Of a stretch of DNA of 64,000 nt, positions 36,129 to 45,299 are shown piece by piece (within the stretch, counting starts at the first letter, position 1; each line of letters starts with the position of its first letter). This DNA comes from Macrostomum lignano (taxonomy: Eukaryota). Under the pieces are notes generated by a model. The model saw nothing but the letters and a program-made list of their open reading frames with translations. It ran no database searches and had not been told where the DNA came from. The translations under genes were made by a program, and so were the position numbers. The stretch is taken from contig NIVC01000105.1 in the NCBI GenBank assembly GCA_002269645.1, positions 535,992 through 599,991 of the forward strand, in the 5' to 3' direction.

Positions 36129-36992
36129 ATGGAAGCCATAGCCGAAAGACTAAACAACATTGTTTCACACTCTAAAGAGAGCATTCCTATTACAATAACC
36201 GGGCGAATTAATGACTCAAACGGGATGTTTGTTGAAAAATTAGAGCAGGCGATTCGCCTGGATCCAGGCGCTAATTACCATGTCTATCTTAACGACTTCA
36301 CTGGTTGGTCAAACGTTCCCAATGTGATGGCAGCAAATAATAAGTTTTATTACAAATGGAAAGGTGCAGCAGCAGACCCTGTGGTATTCCATGTGAGCAC
36401 GCAGAGTGTGGATACCTACAATAACTTTCTAGAAAATGTCTTTACTAAGAGAGGTCATTTTGAGACACCTGATGCGAGTAAGCCAGAGAAGAAACTGTTC
36501 CCTGTCAAACTATCCTATGATCTCACTGTAATGAGAGTGGTCATGCAAGTTCACAAAGATGCGGAGGTTGAGTTTAAAGATGACACTTGGTATAGGGAAT
36601 TGGGATTCGAGAAGAAAGTTTATAAGGCAGAATCCGCGCCGCGGACCGCCACTCAAGCGACGGGGGCTGTTATCATGGCCCGGGAAAGTGTACGCGGTTT
36701 GTTCTTAGCACCCAATATTGCAGACATTGTAAAGGGTTTGAATATTCTAATCAGAAGTAATCTCAGTCTTGATTGGGTATTTAAAGGAAAGCGAACGAAT
36801 ATTTTGTACAACATCTCCAACTCTGTTGCTGGAGGACAGATGGTGGTAGAGAAACCAAATCCAGTGAAAAGAGTTGTATTGAGTAATAAGGAGATTCACG
36901 AGATTGTGCTACAGTTTGAGACTGAAGATGGGATGGGCGTTGATTTTAATGGGGAAGAGTTTGTATTGACGTTGATCATTGAGAGAATGTGA
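36129..36992 (+). CDS. Second-lineage Maverick penton (minor capsid protein), apparently intact, 287 aa
   Basis: AIRLDPGANYHVYL..PNV..NNKFYY; LGFEKKVY; NILIRSNL..ILYNI..G.MVVEKPN; IHEI..EDGMGVDFNGEEFVLTLII. No stops or frameshifts. Confidence 0.85.
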   Translation: MEAIAERLNNIVSHSKESIPITITGRINDSNGMFVEKLEQAIRLDPGANYHVYLNDFTGWSNVPNVMAANNKFYYKWKGAAADPVVFHVSTQSVDTYNNFLENVFTKRGHFETPDASKPEKKLFPVKLSYDLTVMRVVMQVHKDAEVEFKDDTWYRELGFEKKVYKAESAPRTATQATGAVIMARESVRGLFLAPNIADIVKGLNILIRSNLSLDWVFKGKRTNILYNISNSVAGGQMVVEKPNPVKRVVLSNKEIHEIVLQFETEDGMGVDFNGEEFVLTLIIERM

Positions 36993-37408
36993 TGTTAAAA
37001 TAACTAAATATTTTATTTCAGTTCTATTTCGAATTTTTAGTATATTTTTTTCTAGTCATATTACTTATTAGTAGGCAACCTCACGCTTTTTGGACTGACC
37101 AAGCATTATTTTTTTTCTAACCAGTATTTAATGAAAGGATTGAAAACACAAAAGAAATCGGACACAAAAAGATAGTCTGTGCTCAGTCTATTGTTTTATT
37201 ATGTCAAAAGTTGGTTAACTTCGCAAGTATTCGCACATAACAAACACAAGTCTGTCATTAGTCTTTCTCAGAAAAAAAGCTTTTTTGCACAGTTTAATTC
37301 GTGCGAATTCCTGTTAAGACAGGAAATGGCGCGAATCAAACTGCGCACTAGTCTTTCTCAGAAAAATGCTTTTTTGCACAGTTGAATTCGTGCGAATTCC
37401 TGTTATGC

Positions 37409-37502
37409 ACATGATTTTTACGAACGTTCGTAAAAATCATGTAACCACTGAGAGCCGCTTTATGCTGCACATGATTTTTACGAAAGTTCGTAAAAATCAT
37501 GT
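37409..37502. repeat. Two 34-bp palindromes (one perfect, one with a single mismatch)
   Basis: ACATGATTTTTACGAAC|GTTCGTAAAAATCATGT at 37,409-37,442 and a copy at 37,469-37,502. Confidence 0.95.
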
Positions 37503-38526
37503 TATCAGTGGGAATCGAACCATGCGGGGCAGACTGAGACCGGTTTCGGGCTTGTTTGCCCTCGTCAGTCAGTCATAGCCACACGAGGTCGGCTCCACCT
37601 CTAGCCAGCTGAGTGGAACTGCTATTTATACGCTCTTGCACCAAGTCCTTGCCTTGCACATGGCGACATTTTCTAGTCCACCATGTGAGGAATTCGCGCC
37701 ATGTTCAAATAGCTTTACTATCAGTAAGCTATCGCTTACAAATACGAGCCGCTTTATGCTGCACATGATTTTGTCAGTATTTTTAGATCTTGCGTCTGCA
37801 CTCTACAGGGTACAACCTTGTAGTGTAGTTGGCTACTACAACTGCCTTATAACTTCAGCAAAGTTATAATAGCTGTCAAAATTGTTAATGACTACTCCGT
37901 GTTTTTCAAACCAGTAAGATTTAAGTGCTTGATTAATATTAGGGACATTGATATCAACGTCGGGCCAATATTTTCTCATGTATTCGCTGCATTCCTTCTT
38001 GCATCGGTACTTGGATTTGTACAATGGATTAGGCTGAGTATAATAAGAACCTGGAGAGACAACTGGAAACATTTTTATTGAGAATTTAGATTTTTTTCAA
38101 AGGGTAAGGACCCTGTGTTAGGGGATTTAAAGTCTTTGGGATCTGGTTTCAACGCTTCGGATTGAATGTGGGGAGAAGAATGCAGATTATTTTCTGATTG
38201 TTTCGAAGATGCTATGGGTGGATGTTGGTGTCAATGAACATAACAGGTGTTAGTGGACATCTGTTATGCACTGATTCTGTCAGGGATAATATGGATGGAT
38301 TTAATACGATTATGTTTGAAGTTTTCGGAGCAAGTGCGACCCCTCCACTTTTTCATGATTCTGTCGGGGATAATATGGATAGATTTAATGGGATTATGGA
38401 GGACGTTTTGTGAGCGAGTGCGACCCCCCTTTTTTCTGATTCTGTCGGGGATAATATGGATGTATTTAGGTGGATTCTGGAGGACGTGAAAAATTTTGTC
38501 CCAGAAGCCCCCTCATGCCTTCTACT

Positions 38527-38736
38527 TTGCTTCGAGTTGTGGAACTCCAACAAAAGAAAAACGGAGAACTTGTACGCGATAGCAGTGCATTACAAACACC
38601 CTACTACTTGAAAACAAATCGACAACAAATTCACGAGATTTCGATTCAACTATTGGACCAGCGCGGAAAACCATTTAATTTTCATCCGGGAGCACACGTT
38701 GTTGTCGTACTGCATTTTAGACACAGGTCGGACTAA
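38527..38736 (+). pseudogene. Outer Maverick penton, 3' part
   Basis: LLRVVELQQKK...PYYLKTNRQQIHEISIQLLDQRGKPFNFHPGAHVVVVLHFR is the penton C-terminus and joins in frame to VGSTSVP. Confidence 0.9.
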
Positions 38737-38792
38737 TTTATAAGCAAAGATTAATTGTGTAAAAGAAAATTTTGTGAATTTGTTTTGTAAGA

Positions 38793-39221
38793 ATGAATGA
38801 ACTAACAGAAAAAGGAAAACGAAATGCTCGCTCATTGTGTCAGTGTGCTTTTTTACTACAAATTGTTCATCAGCTAAAGCATCCAAAGCAGAGAAAAAGT
38901 TTTTTACAAACACTTTCAGAGTCGGAGATACGATTTCTAGTAGACTTTCTGTTGAATATTATTAGTGGACGTATTAAAATTAGTAACTGTAACAAAAGAC
39001 GACTTGAGAAGCATCGCAGATATATACGTCAGCTTTTGGAACAGAAGACTCCAATTACTGCAAAAAGGAAAATACTTGTCCAACACGGAGGATTTTTACC
39101 TTTTTTGGCTCCAATTATTGCCGCTCTACCTGCTATTAGCACTGCGCTTGGGATAACGTCTGGAGTAGTTGGTACCGCCGCGGGAGCAGCAAATTTAATA
39201 CGATCAATTCAACGAAAGTAG
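38793..39221 (+). CDS. Conserved small Maverick protein with QxGGFL motif
   Basis: LLNIISGRIKIS..KRRLEKHRRYIRQL..KRKILVQHGGFLPFLAPII followed by a hydrophobic/amphipathic tail. Confidence 0.75.
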   Translation: MNELTEKGKRNARSLCQCAFLLQIVHQLKHPKQRKSFLQTLSESEIRFLVDFLLNIISGRIKISNCNKRRLEKHRRYIRQLLEQKTPITAKRKILVQHGGFLPFLAPIIAALPAISTALGITSGVVGTAAGAANLIRSIQRK

Positions 39222-39229
39222 TAGGAATA

Positions 39230-39918
39230 ATGCGAGCCAAGGAGAGTAGTAGTTTTCAACGAATGTATCTAGTACCTGAATCTGTGTATCAATCTACATG
39301 TCAAGGAGCAGAACAAGGCTCGTCACCAGCTGCTGAGGTACCTCGAAAAACTGAAGTTTTAGACGCACCGCAAGATGGTCTGGCAAAAAATATGGTGGAA
39401 ATGAGAGAACAAATGGATAACTTGGACAAGGAAATGGAGAAGGAGCCAAATTACACAGCTCAATTGAAGCGAAGCAGATTGGAAGACAAACTTTTAAAAT
39501 TACGCAAAGTCTATCGCACTGGAGACGAGGACAATCTGCCACTTGTTCGCAAAGTGACTAATGTAAGAAGTTCATATGCCAGAGAATCAAGGGAAATTCC
39601 TAAAGTTTTTTACCACGTTTCGAAGCTCTCGCTCAAAACCTATTTTCGGACATGGACAAGAATGCAGAACCAATGCTGGCTAATTTGGCTGATGGCGAGA
39701 TACAAGATCTCATGGAATATGTTGTTCGAGACAGACCGCTTAAGCGACACTAGACTCAACCACCTAGTGGACTAAAAACATTTTTAGACTTTCTTCGAAA
39801 ACGTGGAATCGCAGCAAACCAAATCGGGCGTCATGTACGAAACGAGCTAATGCATGCTCCAAAAACTGTTGCAAAGGAGGATCTTAGTCTGTTTGAAAAT
39901 TATCAAACACTGGCTTAA
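39230..39918 (+). pseudogene. Conserved Maverick ORF of unknown function
   Basis: RMYLVPESVY N-terminus; after a frameshift IQDLMEYVVR..*TQPPSGLKTFLDFLRKRG. Confidence 0.6.
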
Positions 39919-40238
39919 TTTGTTTTGAATGTTTTAACAAAATTGATTCGAGCACTATAAGCTTTTTAAAAAGGTTAATTTTGTTTATGAAAATAAATAT
40001 ATATATAAAATAATATAGAATTATTTTAATATATAAAATATAGAAAATAATATATATATAAGACAAACCATGTCATCTATCTGCCAGAAACTTTTGATTC
40101 GTCTCTGTGAGTTTTTTTGCTTAAAATCCGAATGTGTGCCGTTTCTGGGAGAGGAGCACAACGAGGATACTGACGGAAATTCGATCGAGGCTTCGTTCTT
40201 TTGTTGCAACTGGCATACGAATAGCATCAATCTAACTC

Positions 40239-41397
40239 ATGATGAAGCGAGTGCGTAAGGAAATTGAAGAATTTTTGACGGATGCTTTTTTTAACTTGAA
40301 CAAACCTACTTCATTTAGTGGTAACAAGACTATACTTGTTCGTGAAGTACGTAAAAAGTTTCCACAGATTACGAACAAAGTTGCGAAGCGCGAAGTTGAT
40401 AATTGGGTGCGATCAACAAATGAGCATCATTTATTTCGAAAAACACGACGAAACTTTCCAACTCCAAAAATTAGTGTACCACCAGTTGCAAAGTTTCAGT
40501 TTCAAATCGATTTGGCAGATTTACCTCGATACAAGACGGAAAATCGAGGTTATCGTTACATACTTGTTCTTATCGACTGTTTTACTAGAGTTGTACGACT
40601 AAAACCATTGCGTACAAAGAAGCCTTCAGAAGTTAGTCAAGTAATACTAGAGATTTTTCGAAGTGGTTTTAAGCCTGTTTATTTACAAGGTGATGCTGGT
40701 ATGGAGTTTCTCGGAAGAGCTACACGTCAAATGCTGAAACAGGAAGGAGTTCGATTTTTTGTTAGCCAAAGCAATTACAAGGCAAGCATGGCTGAACGAT
40801 TTATCCGCTCGCTAAAGGAGCGTCTATTACGATACTTTCGAGCAAAAAATTTACCTCGACGGTTTGATATTTTGCCACAATTGGAAGATAATTTCAACTC
40901 TAGTCCTCATCGATCCTTGAGTGGAGAAACACCAAAACGTGTAGAGACAGACCCACATTTACAAGGAATTTTGTGGGACAAAATGTTTGCAAAGTCGTAC
41001 ACTAAAAAGAATGAGAATAAATTTAAAGTTGGTGATTGGGTTAGAATTACACGAGTCGAGGAACATTTGAAAAAGGATACACTACGACTTGGAGTAATTC
41101 AAAATATCGCATTCACCGTGTACACTTGACAGAACCGCCAATGTACGAATTAGCGGACCCTGAAGATGGATTTGAAGTGATTAAAGGAAGTTTAACCAAG
41201 CGGAACTAATGTTGGTAAACGAGACAGATAAAACACCTAATGAAATTGAAAAAGTTATTGAAACTGATCGAGCGAAAAATGGAAGTCGTCTGTATCTAGT
41301 AAAATGGAAAGGTATGCAAATCTCAAGAAGTCAGTGGTTAAATGAAAATGATCTTGACGCAAAGACTGCTAAACTATTTTCTAAAGTGTATAAGTAA
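40239..41397 (+). pseudogene. Maverick rve integrase with C-terminal chromodomain (two frameshifts)
   Basis: PTSFSG, FQIDLADL, YILVLIDCFTR, LQGDAGMEF, KASMAERFIRSLK; frameshifted GTFEKGYTTTWS..YELAD; chromodomain IEKVI..YLVKWKG..SQWLNENDL. Confidence 0.95.
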
Positions 41398-41438
41398 CAC
41401 ATGAATTGGGATTGCATGACGATAAAAAGACTGTTGAA

Positions 41439-41898
41439 ATGGATCCTATTTTTGCTTTTTATTCTGGTCTGAATAGATCTGCTGAAGGTGGAGGTGGATC
41501 TGGCATTCCTGTTTACGAAGGTTACGGTTTTTTTGTCAAATTTGGTGGACAGATTGGTGTATCGTGTACTACGCAACGCAAAGAAAGATTTCTTGGATCG
41601 TGGTCTGGAGTATTTGAAAAGTGCGACAGCAAAAATTGGTATGGGTCGGAAGCGTCACTTGGACACAGAATCGAGCGAAGAGATGTTTAATACACCTGCA
41701 GTCTCGAGACCAAAGCGAAGGAAAAGAACCAGTGGATTGGCTATAAGCTTAGGAAAGAAGAAACGACAAAAGAAACGACGAACAAGACAGTGTGGAAAAG
41801 GACGCGTGAACAAACGAAAACGCAAGAGGGTAGGTGGTAAAAGAAAACGTCGAACTGCTACTGCAAGCAAGAAACTTTTTAGTCTGTTTGAAAAGTAG
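41439..41898 (+). pseudogene. Basic core/DNA-binding-like Maverick protein (frameshifted)
   Basis: FYSG..GGGSGIPVYEG N-terminus then a Lys/Arg-rich tail ending KKLFSLFEK immediately before the MCP. Confidence 0.65.
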
Positions 41899-41899
41899 C

Positions 41900-43222
41900 A
41901 TGAATCATTTGCTTGGACCTGATATTGCTGCTCTTAAAAGTGAATTGTCGCTATTTGATCAAAGTCCTGTTCAGTTTAGTGTTTTGGATAATCGGTATAC
42001 TAACATTCAACCGCAACATGGTATTACAAAAGGATCACCTATCGAATTTGAGGTTGTGCCTGCAGGCGATTTGTATTTGGATCTACAAGAAACTGTGCTC
42101 ACGGTATGCTTCAGCGTTAGTGATAGTGAAGGTGAACCTATAGATGCAACAAAAAATTTTGTTTGTTTGAATAATTTGGCTATTGGAACATTGTTTGAAG
42201 ACGTTCAATTTACTATTGGCGATACTGTAGTTGAAGGTGGTAGTTTTATGTATCCATACAAAGCTATGCTTCTTACATTACTGGAATACGGACATACAGC
42301 TCAGAAGGCTGGTTTACTACCGTGGGGATTTTACAAGGATACAGCTGGTAAAATGAATGCAACAAATGAAAACGATGGACGAACAAAGAGGCAGGCGCTT
42401 ATTGCTAACAATAGGCGGTGCACTGTATCTGGACCGTTATTCTTGGATTTGTTTCGTCAGCCTCGGTATCTACTATCAAAGACACCACTGCGGATCAAGC
42501 TCATACCGGCAAAAAGTAAATTTGTCCCGATTGGGTCAACATTAGAAGCTGGTGCGGTATTTAAAGACAATGAGATCAAATTTTTGCGTGCAGAACTACG
42601 ATTGCGGTTTGTTCAACCCTCGCCGAGTGTTATCAGTGCACATGCTCATGGACTTAAAAGTCACAATGCATTATATCCGAACCGAAGTCTAAGCCTTGGT
42701 ACGTTTACTATACCCCGACGATCGTCTAGCCATACGCATGAAAATGTGTTTCCTAGTGGAGTACCACGGCTTTTATTGATGGCAATCGTAAGCAACAAGG
42801 CATTCAATGGAAGCATGGACACTAATCCGTTCAACTTTGAGCATGCAAATGTGAGCGGTATTGGTGTGTTTGTGAATGGAGACTCGGTACCATCGCGTCC
42901 GCTGCAGACAAACTTTGGAGATGATTGTGTGACAGAGTATAATTTTTTGCTACAACAGCTTGGAATCTATCTACAGGGACGAGATATTGGATTTAATATG
43001 CTGGATTACGCCAATGGTTACTCAATTTTTGCATTCAGTCTTGGAAGTGAACCTGGTGTTGGACGGGGAGTGCAACTGTATAAGGAAGGAAATGTAAAAC
43101 TAGAGTTACGCTTCAATGCTGCAACTAGTACCGTGTACAACGTTATATTTGGAGGTATATTTGACAAGCAACTGCAACTGACTGAACTTCGCGACATTGT
43201 TCCTGGCACAGTATGGAAGTAA
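41900..43222 (+). CDS. Outer Maverick major capsid protein (double jelly roll), intact 440-aa frame
   Basis: KSELSLFDQSPVQ..PIEFEV..DLYLDL; YPYKAML; GPLFLDLFRQPRYL; PRLLLMAIVSN.AFNG...NPFNF; GYSIFAF; GNVKLELRF. ATG at 41,900 rather than the GTG start in the ORF track. Confidence 0.95.
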   Translation: MNHLLGPDIAALKSELSLFDQSPVQFSVLDNRYTNIQPQHGITKGSPIEFEVVPAGDLYLDLQETVLTVCFSVSDSEGEPIDATKNFVCLNNLAIGTLFEDVQFTIGDTVVEGGSFMYPYKAMLLTLLEYGHTAQKAGLLPWGFYKDTAGKMNATNENDGRTKRQALIANNRRCTVSGPLFLDLFRQPRYLLSKTPLRIKLIPAKSKFVPIGSTLEAGAVFKDNEIKFLRAELRLRFVQPSPSVISAHAHGLKSHNALYPNRSLSLGTFTIPRRSSSHTHENVFPSGVPRLLLMAIVSNKAFNGSMDTNPFNFEHANVSGIGVFVNGDSVPSRPLQTNFGDDCVTEYNFLLQQLGIYLQGRDIGFNMLDYANGYSIFAFSLGSEPGVGRGVQLYKEGNVKLELRFNAATSTVYNVIFGGIFDKQLQLTELRDIVPGTVWK

Positions 43223-43419
43223 TTGATTCTATCCTAGATCGTGGTGTAACAGATCGCTTCCTTCGCAATGTTGTATCGAAATTGTGCGCACATTTTTTAA
43301 ATGTTGTATTTCTTGGTGTTTTTCCTCAAAACTTTGTTGGTGGACTTAGACGCTTACCTTAAGACGGTAAAGACTATTTTTTTATCGTTAATACTGACGT
43401 CTCTAACCTGCCCGGAAAA
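43213..43419 (+). pseudogene. Adenain-like cysteine protease, N-terminal fragment
   Basis: FLGVFPQ...*..FFIVNTDVSNLPGK; cut just before the expected catalytic HW. Not in the ORF track. Confidence 0.8.
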
Positions 43420-44130
43420 TCTGATGGTGTTAACTTCCCAATATCTTTAAGCCACTCATTGATCTGCAGCTTATTTTTTGGACTAATGCGGAACTTAGCA
43501 GGTCCAGAGTTAAGATTTCCAAGCAACCTTTGTGCAACACCTTTGTAGAGAACATGCATTGAATCACTAGGAAAACTCCTAACCATGTCCACAGCAATCT
43601 GTTCAAAAGTTGATGATGTTGCCTTATGATGCTCAGTTTGTAAACGCAAACGAAATGAATCTTTAGTCCGCCGAATTGCATTTGTTTCAGGAAAAACAAC
43701 CATTCGAGCTTGTTCATCAAACACACCTTTGGTTGGACAATGATCACATGAATAATAGCCTGTATGACCAGCTGTATTCTTTACAAATTTTCTTGCAGGA
43801 AGGTCACATACAATCCACTGAAGTGTAACTGGCACTTTTTGCCTATATGGTACAAGCTGTAATCCTTGGTTCTCAGCTAGTTCTTTCATTTCCAAGACAA
43901 ATTCTAGCAAAAATTCATTAGAAGAATCTGGCTTTCCTGGTCCATAGTAGGCACCAATAAGAAAAACACTACCAGGAAGCTTTTCCAAAGTGCCAAGAAT
44001 TGTCCAAAAGCCAAACTGACTATTATAAATAGGCGCACCATTAATATTAACCAGAATCTTGATATTATCAGTATTAACTAGTTGTTCACAAATCTCAGGA
44101 ACATGAGAAGCCAAAAATACTAGACCTTTC
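43420..44130 (-). pseudogene. CACTA/EnSpm-type transposase, central fragment
   Basis: VNINGAPIYNSQFGFWTILG; IVCDLPARKFVKNTAGHTGYYSCDHC; SDSMHVLYKGV; ends TPSDF at the Maverick junction. Confidence 0.88.
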
Positions 44131-44754
44131 TTTATACCATTCTCTCCCATTGTCTCTCATGTCTGCTCTCACATATTTCTCTTCTCTCTCCACTCGTCTC
44201 TATAATCTCTTCCCTCTCCTCTCCCTCTCTCCTCTGTTCTAGCTCTACTGTCTCATTTCTCGTCTCTTCTTTCTCATCTCTCCTTTCTCCTCTTTCTTCT
44301 CTTCTATCTGATCTCTTCTCTCTTCTGTTTGTATCAGACTTGTATCTGTACATGTATTTAGAGGTTTTAGAGATTTAGAAGCCTTGCGTTTCTTGGATAT
44401 CAGTACTTGCTGAAAAATACATGCATCTCATATCTATGCAAATTTGCCTCAGTGCATAAAGAGTACAAATGATATTTACATAAATAAATCTGAGGCTTCA
44501 TGCTAAGTTCTGCATGCAAATCACTATATTGAGTTATTTATTTACGAACCAAATTGTTATCATGGTTACCAACCATAGCAGTTAGCTAAAAATGTTAAAA
44601 CTGAAAAAAAGATTGCAACGAAAAATAACGATATGGCTGATTTGAGGTGAGCTGTTTTATATAGATAGATTTCTATCTCCACGCAAGCCAGTCAGTTATT
44701 TAGACTGTATTTATATGACTTCCAATCGTATCGTATCAGTATAGGCCAAGTTTG

Positions 44755-45081
44755 AAAAAAAGTTGCTCTAGGGTTGGCTTGAGTGTAACGATCGGTGAGG
44801 CATCACCACCACTAGGGGAGCAGTGTGAGGACTGTTTGACCATAAATTAACTCTTTGCTCATTCAAGCTTGAATTGACAGCAACCCCGCCTACCTTTTGT
44901 ATTCAACTTAAACAACAGAAAAAAAGTTGCTCTAGGGTTGGCTTGAGTGTAACTATCCGTGAGGTACCACCACCACTAGGGGAGCAGTGTGAGGACTGTT
45001 TGACCATAAATTAACTCTTTGCTCATTCAAGCTTGAATTGAAAGCAACCCGCCTACCTTTTGTATTCAACTTAAACAACAG
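44755..45081. repeat. Tandem duplication of about 164 bp
   Basis: AAAAAAGTTGCTCTAGGGTTGG...CAACTTAAACAACAG occurs twice head to tail with few differences. Confidence 0.9.
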
Positions 45082-45299
45082 AATACGGCTCGTATGTGAA
45101 CTGAATAGAAGTGGAACTAAAAAACTAAAAAGCTGCATCAATTGCCACCCATTCACGATATAATATAATATCATGCATAATGATGGGGATGGTGGGGTGA
45201 TGATGAAATACGGAGGCAGAAGTGCACTAAGTCACACATACATGCAGTGACTAGCCCAAGTAAAGGCTGCTTGCTCTGTAAGTGCGACGCAATGAACCC

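Larger units (their letters stand above)
34691..38526 (+). mobile_element. Nested non-autonomous mini-Maverick, 3,836 bp, capsid genes only
   Basis: TIRs 34,691-34,926 and 38,292-38,526 (two substitutions and one indel by eye), termini AGTAG...CTACT; TTGCT(A/T) on both flanks; interrupts the outer penton. Confidence 0.88.
32752..43419 (+). mobile_element. Maverick/Polinton element, decayed and right-truncated (left end possibly at 28,031)
   Basis: Co-oriented PLA2, ATPase, penton, integrase-chromo, core-like, MCP and protease genes typical of Mavericks; multiple stops and frameshifts; no polB seen. Confidence 0.95.

Noticed and set aside
27291-44130. The CACTA fragments at 27.3-28.0 kb and 43.4-44.1 kb as two halves of one element split by the Maverick
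   Set aside because: Both contain the first catalytic-Asp block with different sequences, so they are separate elements.
28031-44130. Protein-primed DNA polymerase B of either Maverick
   Set aside because: No exonuclease or polymerase motifs (DxxSLYP, YxDTDS) were seen in any frame I examined.
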